Below are positions 31,443 to 40,581 of a stretch of 64,000 nucleotides of DNA, piece after piece. Positions within the stretch are counted from its first letter, which is position 1; each line of letters starts with the position of its first letter. Made by a program: the position numbers and the translations under genes. Source of the DNA: Alphaproteobacteria bacterium (lineage in GTDB: Bacteria > Pseudomonadota > Alphaproteobacteria > SMXQ01); NCBI GenBank assembly GCA_036500145.1, contig DASYCO010000057.1, positions 23,212-87,211 on the forward strand, written 5' to 3'. The notes beneath the pieces were generated by a model that made no database searches, had not been told where the DNA came from, and worked only from the letters and a program-made list of their open reading frames with translations.

Positions 31443-33317
31443 ATGGCCAGCGCGAAGAAGACGAAGGGCGCGAAACCGGCGCCCGCGAAAGGCGCGACGA
31501 AGAGCAACGCCGCGCAGCGCAAGGCCATGATGTCGGTCGAGGCCGGCGTGAAGATGCGCAAGCCGAACCGCCCCGAGTTCGGCTCCGACGCCATCGTCGA
31601 GCTGCTCAACGGCTTCGGCTTCAACTACGCCTTCCTCAATCCCGGCTCGAGCTACCGCAGCCTTCACGACTCGATCGTCAACTACAACGGCAACGTCAAG
31701 CCCAAGGTGGTGCTCGGCCTGCACGAGGACGTCGTGACCTCGATGGCGCAGGGCTACGCCACGGCGTCGGGCAAGCCGGCGCTCTGCATCCTGCACAACC
31801 TGGTGGGCCTGCTCCATGGCACCATGGGCATCTTCAACATGTACTGCTCGGGCATGCCGATCGTCATCCTCGGCGGCTCGGGCCCGTCGGACCCGAAGCT
31901 GCGCGGCCCGGTCGACTATCTCCATTCCGCCAACACCCAGGGCGAGGCGGTGCGCCCCTACGTCAAGTGGGACGACGAGGCGACGACGCTGGACGGCGTG
32001 ATGGATTCGGTGCTGCGCGGCTACAAGATCGCCAACACGAGCCCGAAGGGCCCCGTCTACATCGCCTTCGATTCGGGCATCCAGGAGCAGAAGCTGGAGG
32101 CACCCATCGCGCTGCCCGACGTCAGCCAGGCGCGCTACCATGCCCCGACCCCGGCGGCGCCCGCCCCCGACGTCGTCGACCGTATCGCCGACATGCTGCT
32201 CAAGGCACGCTATCCGATGATCGTCGGCGGCCGCATCGGCTTCACGCCCGACGCCACCGAGCCGCTGCGCGAGCTGGTGGAACTGCTGGGCTGCGCCTAC
32301 GCGGACGACCGCACCTTCGTCGCCATGGCGACGCGCCATCCGCAGAACCTGACCGGCTCGCGCGAGGCGCTTACCAAGGCCGACGTCGTGCTGGCGGTCG
32401 ACTGCGCCGACGTCCATTGGACGATGGGCGGCTACAACGTCCGGCGCAGCAACGCCTACAAGAAGCTCGAATCGAACGGCAAGAAGGTCATCGACCTCTC
32501 CATGAACGAGAGCGCCAGCAAGCGCTGGGTCCGCGTCGGCGGCGCCATTGCCGACACGGCGATGCAGGTGATGGCCGACCCGATCACGGGCCTCAAGCTG
32601 ATCGCCGAGGCGGTGCGCGAGCGCGTGCTGGCTGACCGCGACCTCGCCGCGCGCCTCGTGCGCCGCACGGCCTCCATCGCCAAGGAGAAGGCGGCGCTTA
32701 CCAAGCACCAGCAGAAGAAGATTCAGGAACGCTGGAACGAGACGCCGATCTCGCCCGAGCGCATGGTCGGCGAACTGTGGACGGCGGTGCGCGACAAGCC
32801 CTGGTACCTGACGCTGCGCAACCATCGCTCCTGGCCGGAAGGCCTCTGGGAGTTCGACGGCGCCGGGCAATATGCCGGCCACTCCGCCGGCGGCGGCCTC
32901 GGCCACGGCACAGGCGCCTCGGTGGGCGCCGCCTTCGCCTGCCTCGACGACGGCCGCTTCCCGGTCGGCATCATCGGCGACGGCGACTTCCTGATGGCGA
33001 CAGGCGCCGTCTGGACCGCGGCGCATTACAAGGTGCCGCTGCTGATGGTGGTCAACAACAACACCTCCTGGTTCCATGACGAGGAACACCAGCACAGGCT
33101 CGCCGTGGCCCGCGGCCGTCCGCCGGAGAACGCCCACATCGGCACGACGACGCGCGATCCCGACGTCGACTTCATCAAGGTCTGCGAAGGCTACGGCGGC
33201 TATGCCGAAGGCCCGGTGACCGACCCGGACAAGCTGGGCGACGTCTTCAAGCGTGCGGTGAAGGTGGTCGAGGACGGCGGCGTCGCCATCGTCGACGTCC
33301 GCACGGCCAACGTATAG
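31443..33317 (+). CDS. Thiamine-diphosphate-dependent enzyme (acetolactate synthase / sulfoacetaldehyde acetyltransferase-like) with Lys/Ala-rich N-terminal tail
   Basis: ThDP motif GDGDFLMATGAVWTAAHYKVPLLMVVNNN; N-terminal PYR domain. Confidence 0.75.
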   Translation: MASAKKTKGAKPAPAKGATKSNAAQRKAMMSVEAGVKMRKPNRPEFGSDAIVELLNGFGFNYAFLNPGSSYRSLHDSIVNYNGNVKPKVVLGLHEDVVTSMAQGYATASGKPALCILHNLVGLLHGTMGIFNMYCSGMPIVILGGSGPSDPKLRGPVDYLHSANTQGEAVRPYVKWDDEATTLDGVMDSVLRGYKIANTSPKGPVYIAFDSGIQEQKLEAPIALPDVSQARYHAPTPAAPAPDVVDRIADMLLKARYPMIVGGRIGFTPDATEPLRELVELLGCAYADDRTFVAMATRHPQNLTGSREALTKADVVLAVDCADVHWTMGGYNVRRSNAYKKLESNGKKVIDLSMNESASKRWVRVGGAIADTAMQVMADPITGLKLIAEAVRERVLADRDLAARLVRRTASIAKEKAALTKHQQKKIQERWNETPISPERMVGELWTAVRDKPWYLTLRNHRSWPEGLWEFDGAGQYAGHSAGGGLGHGTGASVGAAFACLDDGRFPVGIIGDGDFLMATGAVWTAAHYKVPLLMVVNNNTSWFHDEEHQHRLAVARGRPPENAHIGTTTRDPDVDFIKVCEGYGGYAEGPVTDPDKLGDVFKRAVKVVEDGGVAIVDVRTANV

Positions 33318-33668
33318 GGCCCTCGATCTGAGCAGGCCGGGCGACGAGCGCCCGGCCGCGCCGATCACAAAAGCTTGAGGCTAGCGAAGGGCTTCGCGCC
33401 CGCCGCCCGCGTGCGAGTTGGCGCGGGATCGGCCATGTTCGGCGGTTCCTGCGGGGCGGCGCGGCCGTTTCCCTATGACATGCAGCCCGTGGAACGCCCT
33501 GCGCCGGGGGCCGTTTCGCCTATGCGGGACAGCCTTCGCGCCGTCTCGCTGGCAAAAACCCATGATTTTCTTATATCTTAGGGTTTCGCTCTTGCTGCGC
33601 CGGGTGGCCCGCTTGCCCGGCCGCGTCCCGGCCATCCCATCGGCTCCCCTCAGCTCACGGCAGGCTTC

Positions 33669-35435
33669 ATGCAATTTCGTCAGGCGTTCGCGATCGGCTT
33701 CGGCATGATGAGTATGGCGGCGGTGCTCGCCGGCTGCGGCGGCGTGCCGGGCGACAAGCCGATCGAAACGAACGTGCCGCCGGCCGAGTTCTCGGCGTTC
33801 GGCAGCTACCTCGCCGCACGGCAGGCGACGCTGACGCGCGACACGACGAACGCCGCCGACTTCTACGCCCAGGCCCTGCAGCAGGATCCCAACGATCCCG
33901 AGCTGCTGCGCCGCGCCTTCACGCTGATGGCGACCGAAGGCCGCATTGAAGAGGCGGCGGCCTTGGCCGAAAAGCTGCGCGCCATGGGCAGCGGCATCCA
34001 GATGGCCGGCCTGGTGCGCGCCGTCCAGGCGGCCAAGCTCGGTCAGTACGACCGCGCCGAGGCCGAACTCGCGGCCCTGCCCGAGGGCGGCTACAACAGC
34101 TTCATCGGCCCACTGCTGCGCGGCTGGCTGGCCGCCGCGCGCGGCAATCCGCAGGGCGGCGTCAAGACGCTGGCGGCGCTGGGCCAGACGCGCGGCTTCG
34201 AGATGTTCGAGGATTTCCACACCGCCCTGATGCTCGACCAGGCCGGCGACCTCAAGGCCGCCGGGCCCTACTACGAGAAGGCCCAGGCGAGCGGCGCCAC
34301 CTATCTCCGCCTCGTGCAGGCGATGGCCTCCTACTACGCGCGCAGCGGCCAGCCCGACAAGGCGCGCGCGGCGCTGGCCGCCTTCGACAACGACGGCGCC
34401 GAATCGGTGGTGCGCGGCAACCGCCCCGAGCTCGGCGACAGCCCGCAGCTGACCCAGCCGCTGGTGACCAAGCCGATGGAAGGCATGGCCGAAGGCCTGT
34501 TCGACCTCGCCAGCCTGCTCAACCAGCAGAACCTCGACGACCTCGCCATGGTCATGGTGCGCCTGTCGCTCTACCTGCAGCCCGACCTCGACATCTCGCT
34601 GCTGCTCGGCGCCGACATCCTCGAAGACAGCAACCGCGAGGAGCAGGCCATCGAGATGTACGACCGCATCCCGAAGACCTCGCAGCTCTCCTGGTCGTCG
34701 CGCCTGCGCGCCGCCACCCTGCTCGACGAGGTCGGCCGCACCGACGAGGCGGTCGCCGACCTCGACGCCCTGGCGGCGGAACGGCCGACACGCTCCGACG
34801 CGCTCGTGGCGCTCGGCGACCTGCTGCGCAGCAAGGAGCGCTTCGCCGAAGCCGCCGCCGCCTACGACAAGGCCTTCGCGCGCATCGCCACCATCGAGCC
34901 GCGCCACTGGGCACTCTACTATTCGCGCGGCATCGCGCTTGAGCGCTCGAAGCAGTGGGAGCGCGCCCAGGCCGACTTCCTCAAGGCGCTCGAGCTCAAT
35001 CCCGACCAGCCCTACGTGCTGAACTACCTCGGCTATTCCTGGGTCGAGCATGGCGTCAACCTCGACCAGGCGCTGGCGATGATCGAGACGGCGGTCAAGC
35101 TGCGCCCCGACGACGGCTACATCGTCGATTCGATGGGCTGGGTGCTCTATCGCCTCGGCCGCTACGACGAGGCCGTGCCGCATCTCGAGCGCGCCGTCGA
35201 GCTGCGGCCGGCGGACGCGACGATCAACGACCATCTCGGCGACGCCTACTGGCGCATCGGCCGCGAGCTCGAGGCGCGCTTCCAATGGCAGCGCGCGCTC
35301 GTCTTCAAGCCGGAACCCGCCGAGGCGCGCGAAATCGAGACGAAGATCAAGCAGGGCCTTGCGGCGCAGAGTTCGAGCGCGCCCGCCGCCAAGGCGACCG
35401 CCGACCGGCAAGCCGCCCCCGGCCAGGGCGGCTGA
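33669..35435 (+). CDS. TPR-repeat lipoprotein (conserved upstream neighbour of ispE)
   Basis: Lipobox LAGCGG, multiple TPR-like repeats. Confidence 0.7.
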   Translation: MQFRQAFAIGFGMMSMAAVLAGCGGVPGDKPIETNVPPAEFSAFGSYLAARQATLTRDTTNAADFYAQALQQDPNDPELLRRAFTLMATEGRIEEAAALAEKLRAMGSGIQMAGLVRAVQAAKLGQYDRAEAELAALPEGGYNSFIGPLLRGWLAAARGNPQGGVKTLAALGQTRGFEMFEDFHTALMLDQAGDLKAAGPYYEKAQASGATYLRLVQAMASYYARSGQPDKARAALAAFDNDGAESVVRGNRPELGDSPQLTQPLVTKPMEGMAEGLFDLASLLNQQNLDDLAMVMVRLSLYLQPDLDISLLLGADILEDSNREEQAIEMYDRIPKTSQLSWSSRLRAATLLDEVGRTDEAVADLDALAAERPTRSDALVALGDLLRSKERFAEAAAAYDKAFARIATIEPRHWALYYSRGIALERSKQWERAQADFLKALELNPDQPYVLNYLGYSWVEHGVNLDQALAMIETAVKLRPDDGYIVDSMGWVLYRLGRYDEAVPHLERAVELRPADATINDHLGDAYWRIGRELEARFQWQRALVFKPEPAEAREIETKIKQGLAAQSSSAPAAKATADRQAAPGQGG

Positions 35436-35485
35436 GACTCGCCGCCGCTCATCCGTCGTTTTCCTGAGGCCTTCGAGGTCGAGAC

Positions 35486-36382
35486 ATGATCGCCGTCGCG
35501 GCGCCCGCCAAGGTCAATCTCACGCTTCATGTGCTGGGCCGTCGCGCCGACGGGTACCACCGGCTCGACTCGCTCGTCGCCTTCGCCAGCCTGCATGACG
35601 TCCTGCGCGCCGAGGACGCGGCGGGCCTGACGCTGGACCTGGCGGGGCCGGGGGCCGAGGCCCTCGCCGACGACCTCGCCAGGACGCCGTCGCGCGAAAA
35701 CCTCGTGCTGCGCGCGGCGCGCGCGCTAGCCGAAGCGGCCGGCATCGCCGACCCCGCCGCCGCGCTGGGCCTTTACAAGACCCTGCCGGTCGCCGGCGGC
35801 ATCGGCGGCGGCTCGGCCGACGCGGCGGCCGCGCTCATCGCGCTGGCGCGCCTCTGGCGGCTGGATCTCACCGATGCGGCGATGGCCGACATCGCCCTGC
35901 CGCTCGGCGCCGACCTGCCGGTCTGCCTGGCAAGCCGGCCGACGATGATGTCCGGCATCGGCGAGCGGCTGACCCCGGCGCCGGCCTTGCCGCCCTTGGG
36001 GCTGCTGCTCGTCAATCCACGCGTCGCGCTGCCGACCGCCGCCGTGTTCCAGGCGCTCGACGGCCACTTCGGCGCAGAGACGCGCCTCGCCTACCAGGCG
36101 AACGACGCGCCGTCGCTGCTCGCCGCCTTGCGGGCCGGGCGCAACGACCTCGAAGCGCCGGCGCGGCGTCTGGCGCCGGTCGTCGGCGAGGTGCTGGCGG
36201 CTTTGGAGAGATTGCCCGGCGCGCGCCTGGCGCGCATGTCGGGCAGCGGCGCGACCTGCTTCGCGCTGTTCGACGACGCGTCTGCCGCCGAGGCGGCGGC
36301 GCGCGTCTTGCGCGCGGGGCATGAAAGCTGGTGGATCGCCGCCGGCCGGCTGATCGCCGATCGCGCGGAGATTTCGGTCTAG
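35486..36382 (+). CDS. ispE: 4-diphosphocytidyl-2-C-methyl-D-erythritol kinase
   Basis: GHMP kinase motifs KVNLTLHVLGRRADGYH and PVAGGIGGGSADAAAAL. Confidence 0.9.
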   Translation: MIAVAAPAKVNLTLHVLGRRADGYHRLDSLVAFASLHDVLRAEDAAGLTLDLAGPGAEALADDLARTPSRENLVLRAARALAEAAGIADPAAALGLYKTLPVAGGIGGGSADAAAALIALARLWRLDLTDAAMADIALPLGADLPVCLASRPTMMSGIGERLTPAPALPPLGLLLVNPRVALPTAAVFQALDGHFGAETRLAYQANDAPSLLAALRAGRNDLEAPARRLAPVVGEVLAALERLPGARLARMSGSGATCFALFDDASAAEAAARVLRAGHESWWIAAGRLIADRAEISV

Positions 36383-36394
36383 CCTGAGGCCGCC

Positions 36395-38116
36395 TTAGTT
36401 CGGGCCAGCGACTTCGCGCAGTTCGCTCAGCAAGTCGAGCGACGGCTCCCCGGTCGGCGGAAGGCCGGCCATCTCCTGATAATGCTTGATCGCCGCGCGC
36501 GTCGGCGCGTCGAGTGTGCCGTTGGGCGCGCTTCGCGTCAGCGCGAGCTTGCGCAGCAAGGTCTGCAGCTCGACGATGTCCTTGCGCGCCAGGGCTTGCG
36601 GCGGCGTTGCCGGGGGAGTCGCCACAGTTGGCGCCGGAGGCGGCGCGGCGGGAGCGGCGCTCGCCGGCGGCAGCGACGCGCCGTGCGGCGCCGGCTGCTG
36701 GCCCGGCAGCATCTTGGATTCGAGCGCGATCATCCGCGTGCGCGCCGGCGTATAGCCGCTGTCGGCGGCCTGTCGATAGAGGCTGTAGGCGGCGTTGAGG
36801 TCGAGCGGGACGCCGAGGCCGTTCTCGTAGAGCTGGCCGAGGTTGTACTGCGCGTCGGGCAGGCCGCCTTCCGCGGCGCGGCGGAACCAGACCGCGGCGA
36901 CGTCGTAGTCGCGCGGCGCGCCGCGGCCTTGGGCGGCGGCGACGCCAAGGTTGTACTGCGCGGCGACATGGCCCTGGTCGGCGGCGGCGCTATACCAGAA
37001 GTAGGCCATGGTCTGGTCCGCCGGCCGGCCAATGCCATGGTCGTAGATCACGCCGAGATTATATTGCGCGTTGGCGAGTCCCTGGACCGCGGCCTTCTCG
37101 AACAGGTCGGTGGCGGTCTTCTGGTCCTTTGGCAGCAGGCGGCCTTCCATCAGCAGGAGAGCGAGGTCGTGCTGGGCCTTGGGATCGCCCTTGGCGGCGT
37201 CGGCGCGCAGCTGCGCGACCAGTTGCGCGTCGCCGGGCGATGGCGTGGCCGCCGGTGGCTGGGCGGCGGCGACGGGCACGGCGGCGGCGGGCGTGAGCGA
37301 TGTTGGCGGCTTGGTTGCGGCTGGCGTGGGTGCCATCGATAGGTCGGCGGCGCTTGCATCGGGGCCGCGCGTTTCATCCAGGTTGGCCAGCTGGATCGCA
37401 GGATCGGGCGCAGCAGCAGGGGCGGCATCGGGCGGCGCCGTGATGTCGACCGGCGCAGGAGCGGCGAGGGCGGGCAGCGGCGCTGCCGTCGCCAGTGTCG
37501 CTGCCGGCGTTGCCGCCGTCGCCGAGCTGGCGGGCAAAGGCAGGTCGACGGCCGCTGCCGCATGAGGCGGTGTCCCGAGGACCGCGTCGACATCGGCCTC
37601 GACGTAAGAGGGCGGCGGCGGTTCTTCCATGTCGAACCAGAGCCAGACCAGCCCGCCGGCGGCGGCGAAGGAGAGGAAGAGCAGGCCGCCCGCCAATATG
37701 CCGAGGCCGCGGCGATAGGCTTGGCCCGGCGGCGGCGCCTTGACTGGCGCGTCGGGGGCGGGCGCGTCAGCGGCAGGCCCATGGGCCGCCCGTTCGGTCA
37801 AGCCGTCGAGCCTTGCCGTCATTGGCGTGACCAGCCGGGTGACATTGTCCTGCGCCGTCTGCAGCCGCGCTTCCAGGACGCCGAGGACTTGCTGGATCGC
37901 GGCTTGCGCTTCGGGATCGTCGAGCAAGGAGTCCGCGTCGGCCTCGCTCGCGTCTACGTCCTCGTCCTCGGACCAGGCTGGCGGCACGACATGGCTGTCG
38001 GCGTTGGCCAGGATGGCGCGGTCGAGCCAGGCGGCGAGGGATAGGCCGTCGGCGTCGGCGGCGGCCTGCGCGCGGCGCTTCGTCGCGTCATCCATGCCGC
38101 GCACGGTCCAGTCCAT
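36395..38116 (-). CDS. PodJ-like polar localization factor: cytoplasmic N-domain, TM, Pro/Ala-rich linker, Sel1 repeats, C-terminal peptidoglycan-binding domain
   Basis: N-term DWTVRGMDDATKRRAQAAADADGLSLAAWL; TM LGILAGGLLFLSFAAAGGLVWLW; Sel1 repeats (AQYNLGVIYDHGIGRPAD etc.); C-term PG_binding_1-like LQTLLRKLAL ... LDAPTRAAIKHYQEMAGLPPTG. Confidence 0.6.
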   Translation of the reverse strand: MDWTVRGMDDATKRRAQAAADADGLSLAAWLDRAILANADSHVVPPAWSEDEDVDASEADADSLLDDPEAQAAIQQVLGVLEARLQTAQDNVTRLVTPMTARLDGLTERAAHGPAADAPAPDAPVKAPPPGQAYRRGLGILAGGLLFLSFAAAGGLVWLWFDMEEPPPPSYVEADVDAVLGTPPHAAAAVDLPLPASSATAATPAATLATAAPLPALAAPAPVDITAPPDAAPAAAPDPAIQLANLDETRGPDASAADLSMAPTPAATKPPTSLTPAAAVPVAAAQPPAATPSPGDAQLVAQLRADAAKGDPKAQHDLALLLMEGRLLPKDQKTATDLFEKAAVQGLANAQYNLGVIYDHGIGRPADQTMAYFWYSAAADQGHVAAQYNLGVAAAQGRGAPRDYDVAAVWFRRAAEGGLPDAQYNLGQLYENGLGVPLDLNAAYSLYRQAADSGYTPARTRMIALESKMLPGQQPAPHGASLPPASAAPAAPPPAPTVATPPATPPQALARKDIVELQTLLRKLALTRSAPNGTLDAPTRAAIKHYQEMAGLPPTGEPSLDLLSELREVAGPN

Positions 38117-38259
38117 TAGGAACGCCTCAGGAATGCGGCCGTCGTTGCTGGCCGCGTCGAGCGGAAATCGGAAAGGCGCAGATCCATGATGGGACGCTCG
38201 GCAGCCGGAAAGGCGGACGGGACCGGTGCGGCGGCGCCGTCCGGCTCAGCCCGGAAGAT

Positions 38260-38787
38260 TCAATCGGAGAAGAGGCGGGAGAAGAAGCCCGGCCGGCGGC
38301 GTCCTTGCGGGTCGGGCCGTTCGTCGCCGGGGCCATGCTCGATGCGGTCGAGCCGCTCCGTCATGCGCATCATGGCGCGCTCGATCGGGTCGACGTCGAT
38401 GCGGGCGTTGCCGCCGCCGTTCTCCTCGACCTGGGCCGAGAGCTTGGCGACCTTCTCGATGATCGGCGCCAGGGCTTCGGCGGTGCGCGCCTCGGTCTCT
38501 TCGATCTTGTTGGCGAGGCGGTTGATGCTTTCGAGCACGGCCTCGGGGGTCAGCGCCGGGGGCTTGGGCGTGGACGAGCCGGCCGGCATGTCGGCCCCGT
38601 AGGACGCATAGTTCGACGGCGCGTAGACGGCCGGGCCGCTCGAGCTCTTGAGCTGCTGGGCGGCCGTGGCATGGATCGTCTGGCTGAGCCAGACGCCGAG
38701 GGGCAGGCCGGCCTTGCGCGCCGCCAGTTTCGCGGCCTCGCGGGCTTCGTGTTCGACGCCCTTTACGCTCCACGGAACATTGGACAT
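38260..38787 (-). CDS. Small coiled-coil protein sharing the PodJ-type N-terminal motif
   Basis: N-term PWSVKGVEHEAREAAKLAARKAGLPLGVWLSQTI parallels the N-term of 36395..38116. Confidence 0.45.
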   Translation of the reverse strand: MSNVPWSVKGVEHEAREAAKLAARKAGLPLGVWLSQTIHATAAQQLKSSSGPAVYAPSNYASYGADMPAGSSTPKPPALTPEAVLESINRLANKIEETEARTAEALAPIIEKVAKLSAQVEENGGGNARIDVDPIERAMMRMTERLDRIEHGPGDERPDPQGRRRPGFFSRLFSD

Positions 38788-38952
38788 ACCGCTATGCTAC
38801 CTTCAGTCATCTAAAATGCCCGACATAATGTTACGCAATACGCCGGTATGTAAAGGCTGGCGGGTTCCGGCCATCCGGCTTTTTATGAACGCGGCGGGCA
38901 AGCGAAGACGAAAAGCCTAAAGCGCTACCCGGCCCTACCGGGCGCGCCGCAT

Positions 38953-39183
38953 TCAATCTTCGGTGAATTCGCCCGGCGCTTCGCGCGCGGCCTCTTCATG
39001 GTCGGCCACTGCATGAATCAGGCTGGCCAGCCAGGTCGCCATGGGGACATGGGCACGCCGCGCCGCGGCATTGGCCGCGGCCACCGCTTCCGGCGACAGG
39101 CCGGCGAGCCGCCAAAGTCCGGTGCCGTCCGCCGACGCGGCTGTCGGCTGGCTGTTCGGCTGGTCGTCGGGCAGGTCGGTCAT
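38953..39183 (-). CDS. Small ORF with a third copy of the PodJ-type N-terminal motif (possibly longer, to 39291)
   Basis: GLWRLAGLSPEAVAAANAAARRAHVPMATWLASLI; the ORF-track extension to 39561 overlaps tRNA-Gln and is rejected. Confidence 0.3.
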   Translation of the reverse strand: MTDLPDDQPNSQPTAASADGTGLWRLAGLSPEAVAAANAAARRAHVPMATWLASLIHAVADHEEAAREAPGEFTED

Positions 39184-39313
39184 GGCGGCGGGGTCCGTCG
39201 GTGGGGCGTCAGCAGGGGGCAGACTAGCGCATTTCGGCGCTGAAATCTCCGGCGCGGAAAGGCGGTATTGCCAGTTGAGGGGGCCCGGCATTGTCGCTAT
39301 GGTCCGGCCCGCA

Positions 39314-39388
39314 TTGGGGCGTCGCCAAGCGGTAAGGCACCGGTTTTTGGTACCGGCATTCCCAGGTTCGAATCCTGGCGCCCCAGCC
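39314..39388 (+). tRNA. tRNA-Gln (anticodon UUG)
   Basis: TGGGGCGTCGCCAAGCGGTAAGGCACCGGTTTTTGGTACCGGCATTCCCAGGTTCGAATCCTGGCGCCCCAGCCA; close to E. coli tRNA-Gln(UUG); ends in CCA. Confidence 0.9.
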
Positions 39389-39560
39389 AACCAGTCTGCA
39401 GTTTGCGCGTCTCTCAGAGACTTTGCGGCAGAACTGCGAAAAAGCCCGCCAATGGCGGGCTTTTTTACGTTCGGAGTGACCCGGAGACCCGTTCTACAGC
39501 GATGGTATGGCCAGTTTTGGCCGAGCGTCTCCATTCGCGTTTTCGGGGGTGGCACCTCCA
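39367..39560. repeat. Direct repeat copy 1 (tRNA-Gln 3' end plus ~170 bp downstream, includes a terminator hairpin)
   Basis: ~90% identical to 41817..42008: ttcgaatcctg...cagccaaccagtctgcRgtttgcgcgtctctYagagactttgcggcagaactgcgaaaaagcccgccaatggcgggctttttta... Confidence 0.7.
39443..39466 (+). terminator. Rho-independent terminator after tRNA-Gln (duplicated at 41897-41920)
   Basis: aaaGCCCGCCaatgGCGGGCtttttt. Confidence 0.55.
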
Positions 39561-39758
39561 TAAAGTGCTCAAGACGGCCACTGTGAATTTCATTGGATCG
39601 ACAGAACAGTATTTTGATTTGTCTGCGGGGTTCCGCCCGACACTTGCCGTGAATGTGTCGCGGTCAGCACCCATCGACCACCCATGGCCGACGGGTTATC
39701 CTGCATCCTTAAATTATTGGGCCGCTAAGGCTTAAAAAAGCTATCAGGAGGGTGTGCA

Positions 39759-40517
39759 ATGGCTCGAGTTTGGGATCCTTTCCTCACCGAACAGGACAAG
39801 GCTCACCTCGCGGAGAGACGCGGCGGCGATCGACGCGTTGGCTTCGGCACGCGGCCTGCCATTCTCAACATCGACCTTTATCGCGGCGTGTTCGGCGACG
39901 CGAATGTGCCCTTGCTGGAAGGCACCAAGCTCTGGTCGGGGTACTGCGGCCCGGTTGGCTGGAACACAATTCCTCATGTCCAGCGGCTGCATCGCGAAGC
40001 ACGGGCCGCCGGCATTCCGATCTGCCATGCCACGGGGCTTCTTGACGAAGAGTCCGGCATTCCCGGTTGGTCTCAGGCCATTCACGCCGCGTCCCCGCGC
40101 CGTATCCCTCTAAATGATGAGGCTGCGCGGGATCGTTTTGCGCGGCGCTACGACATTATCGACGAGGTCGCGCCACAAACTGGCGATGTAGTCGTGCGCA
40201 AGGCTTCGCCCAGCGCATTTTGGGGCACCTCACTTATCGCTGAGCTCGTGCGCCTGGGAATTGATACGCTGCTGGTGGCGGGCGAAAGTACCAGCGGATG
40301 CGTGCGCGCGACCGTCGTCGATGCCGCCAGCTACCGTTTCCGCGTGCAGGTGATCGAGGACTGCGTATTCGACCGCCACGAAGCCTGCCATGCCATCAAC
40401 CTGTTCGACATGCATCAGAAATACGCCGATGTCATATCCATCGACGCGGCGGTGGACTATCTCCGCGATTTGAAGGGAGACACTGCTGCCCCGCGCCCCG
40501 CGTTGGTCAATTCGTGA
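39759..40517 (+). CDS. Isochorismatase-family cysteine hydrolase
   Basis: 252-aa ORF with conserved D...K...C triad context (VRKASPSAFWGTSL, GESTSGCVRATVVDA). Confidence 0.7.
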   Translation: MARVWDPFLTEQDKAHLAERRGGDRRVGFGTRPAILNIDLYRGVFGDANVPLLEGTKLWSGYCGPVGWNTIPHVQRLHREARAAGIPICHATGLLDEESGIPGWSQAIHAASPRRIPLNDEAARDRFARRYDIIDEVAPQTGDVVVRKASPSAFWGTSLIAELVRLGIDTLLVAGESTSGCVRATVVDAASYRFRVQVIEDCVFDRHEACHAINLFDMHQKYADVISIDAAVDYLRDLKGDTAAPRPALVNS

Positions 40518-40581
40518 CGGCTTGCCGTTGACCTAAATGCCTGGTTAACGCGGCGCTCAATCACTCGTAGGCGTCCATTGA

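Noticed and set aside
33381-35411. 676-aa minus-strand ORF
   Set aside because: Antisense shadow of the TPR lipoprotein gene.
38953-39561. 202-aa minus-strand ORF spanning tRNA-Gln
   Set aside because: Its N-terminal two thirds overlap the tRNA-Gln gene and the duplicated att-like repeat; only the C-terminal ~77-112 codons (38953-39183/39291) are retained as a tentative small gene.
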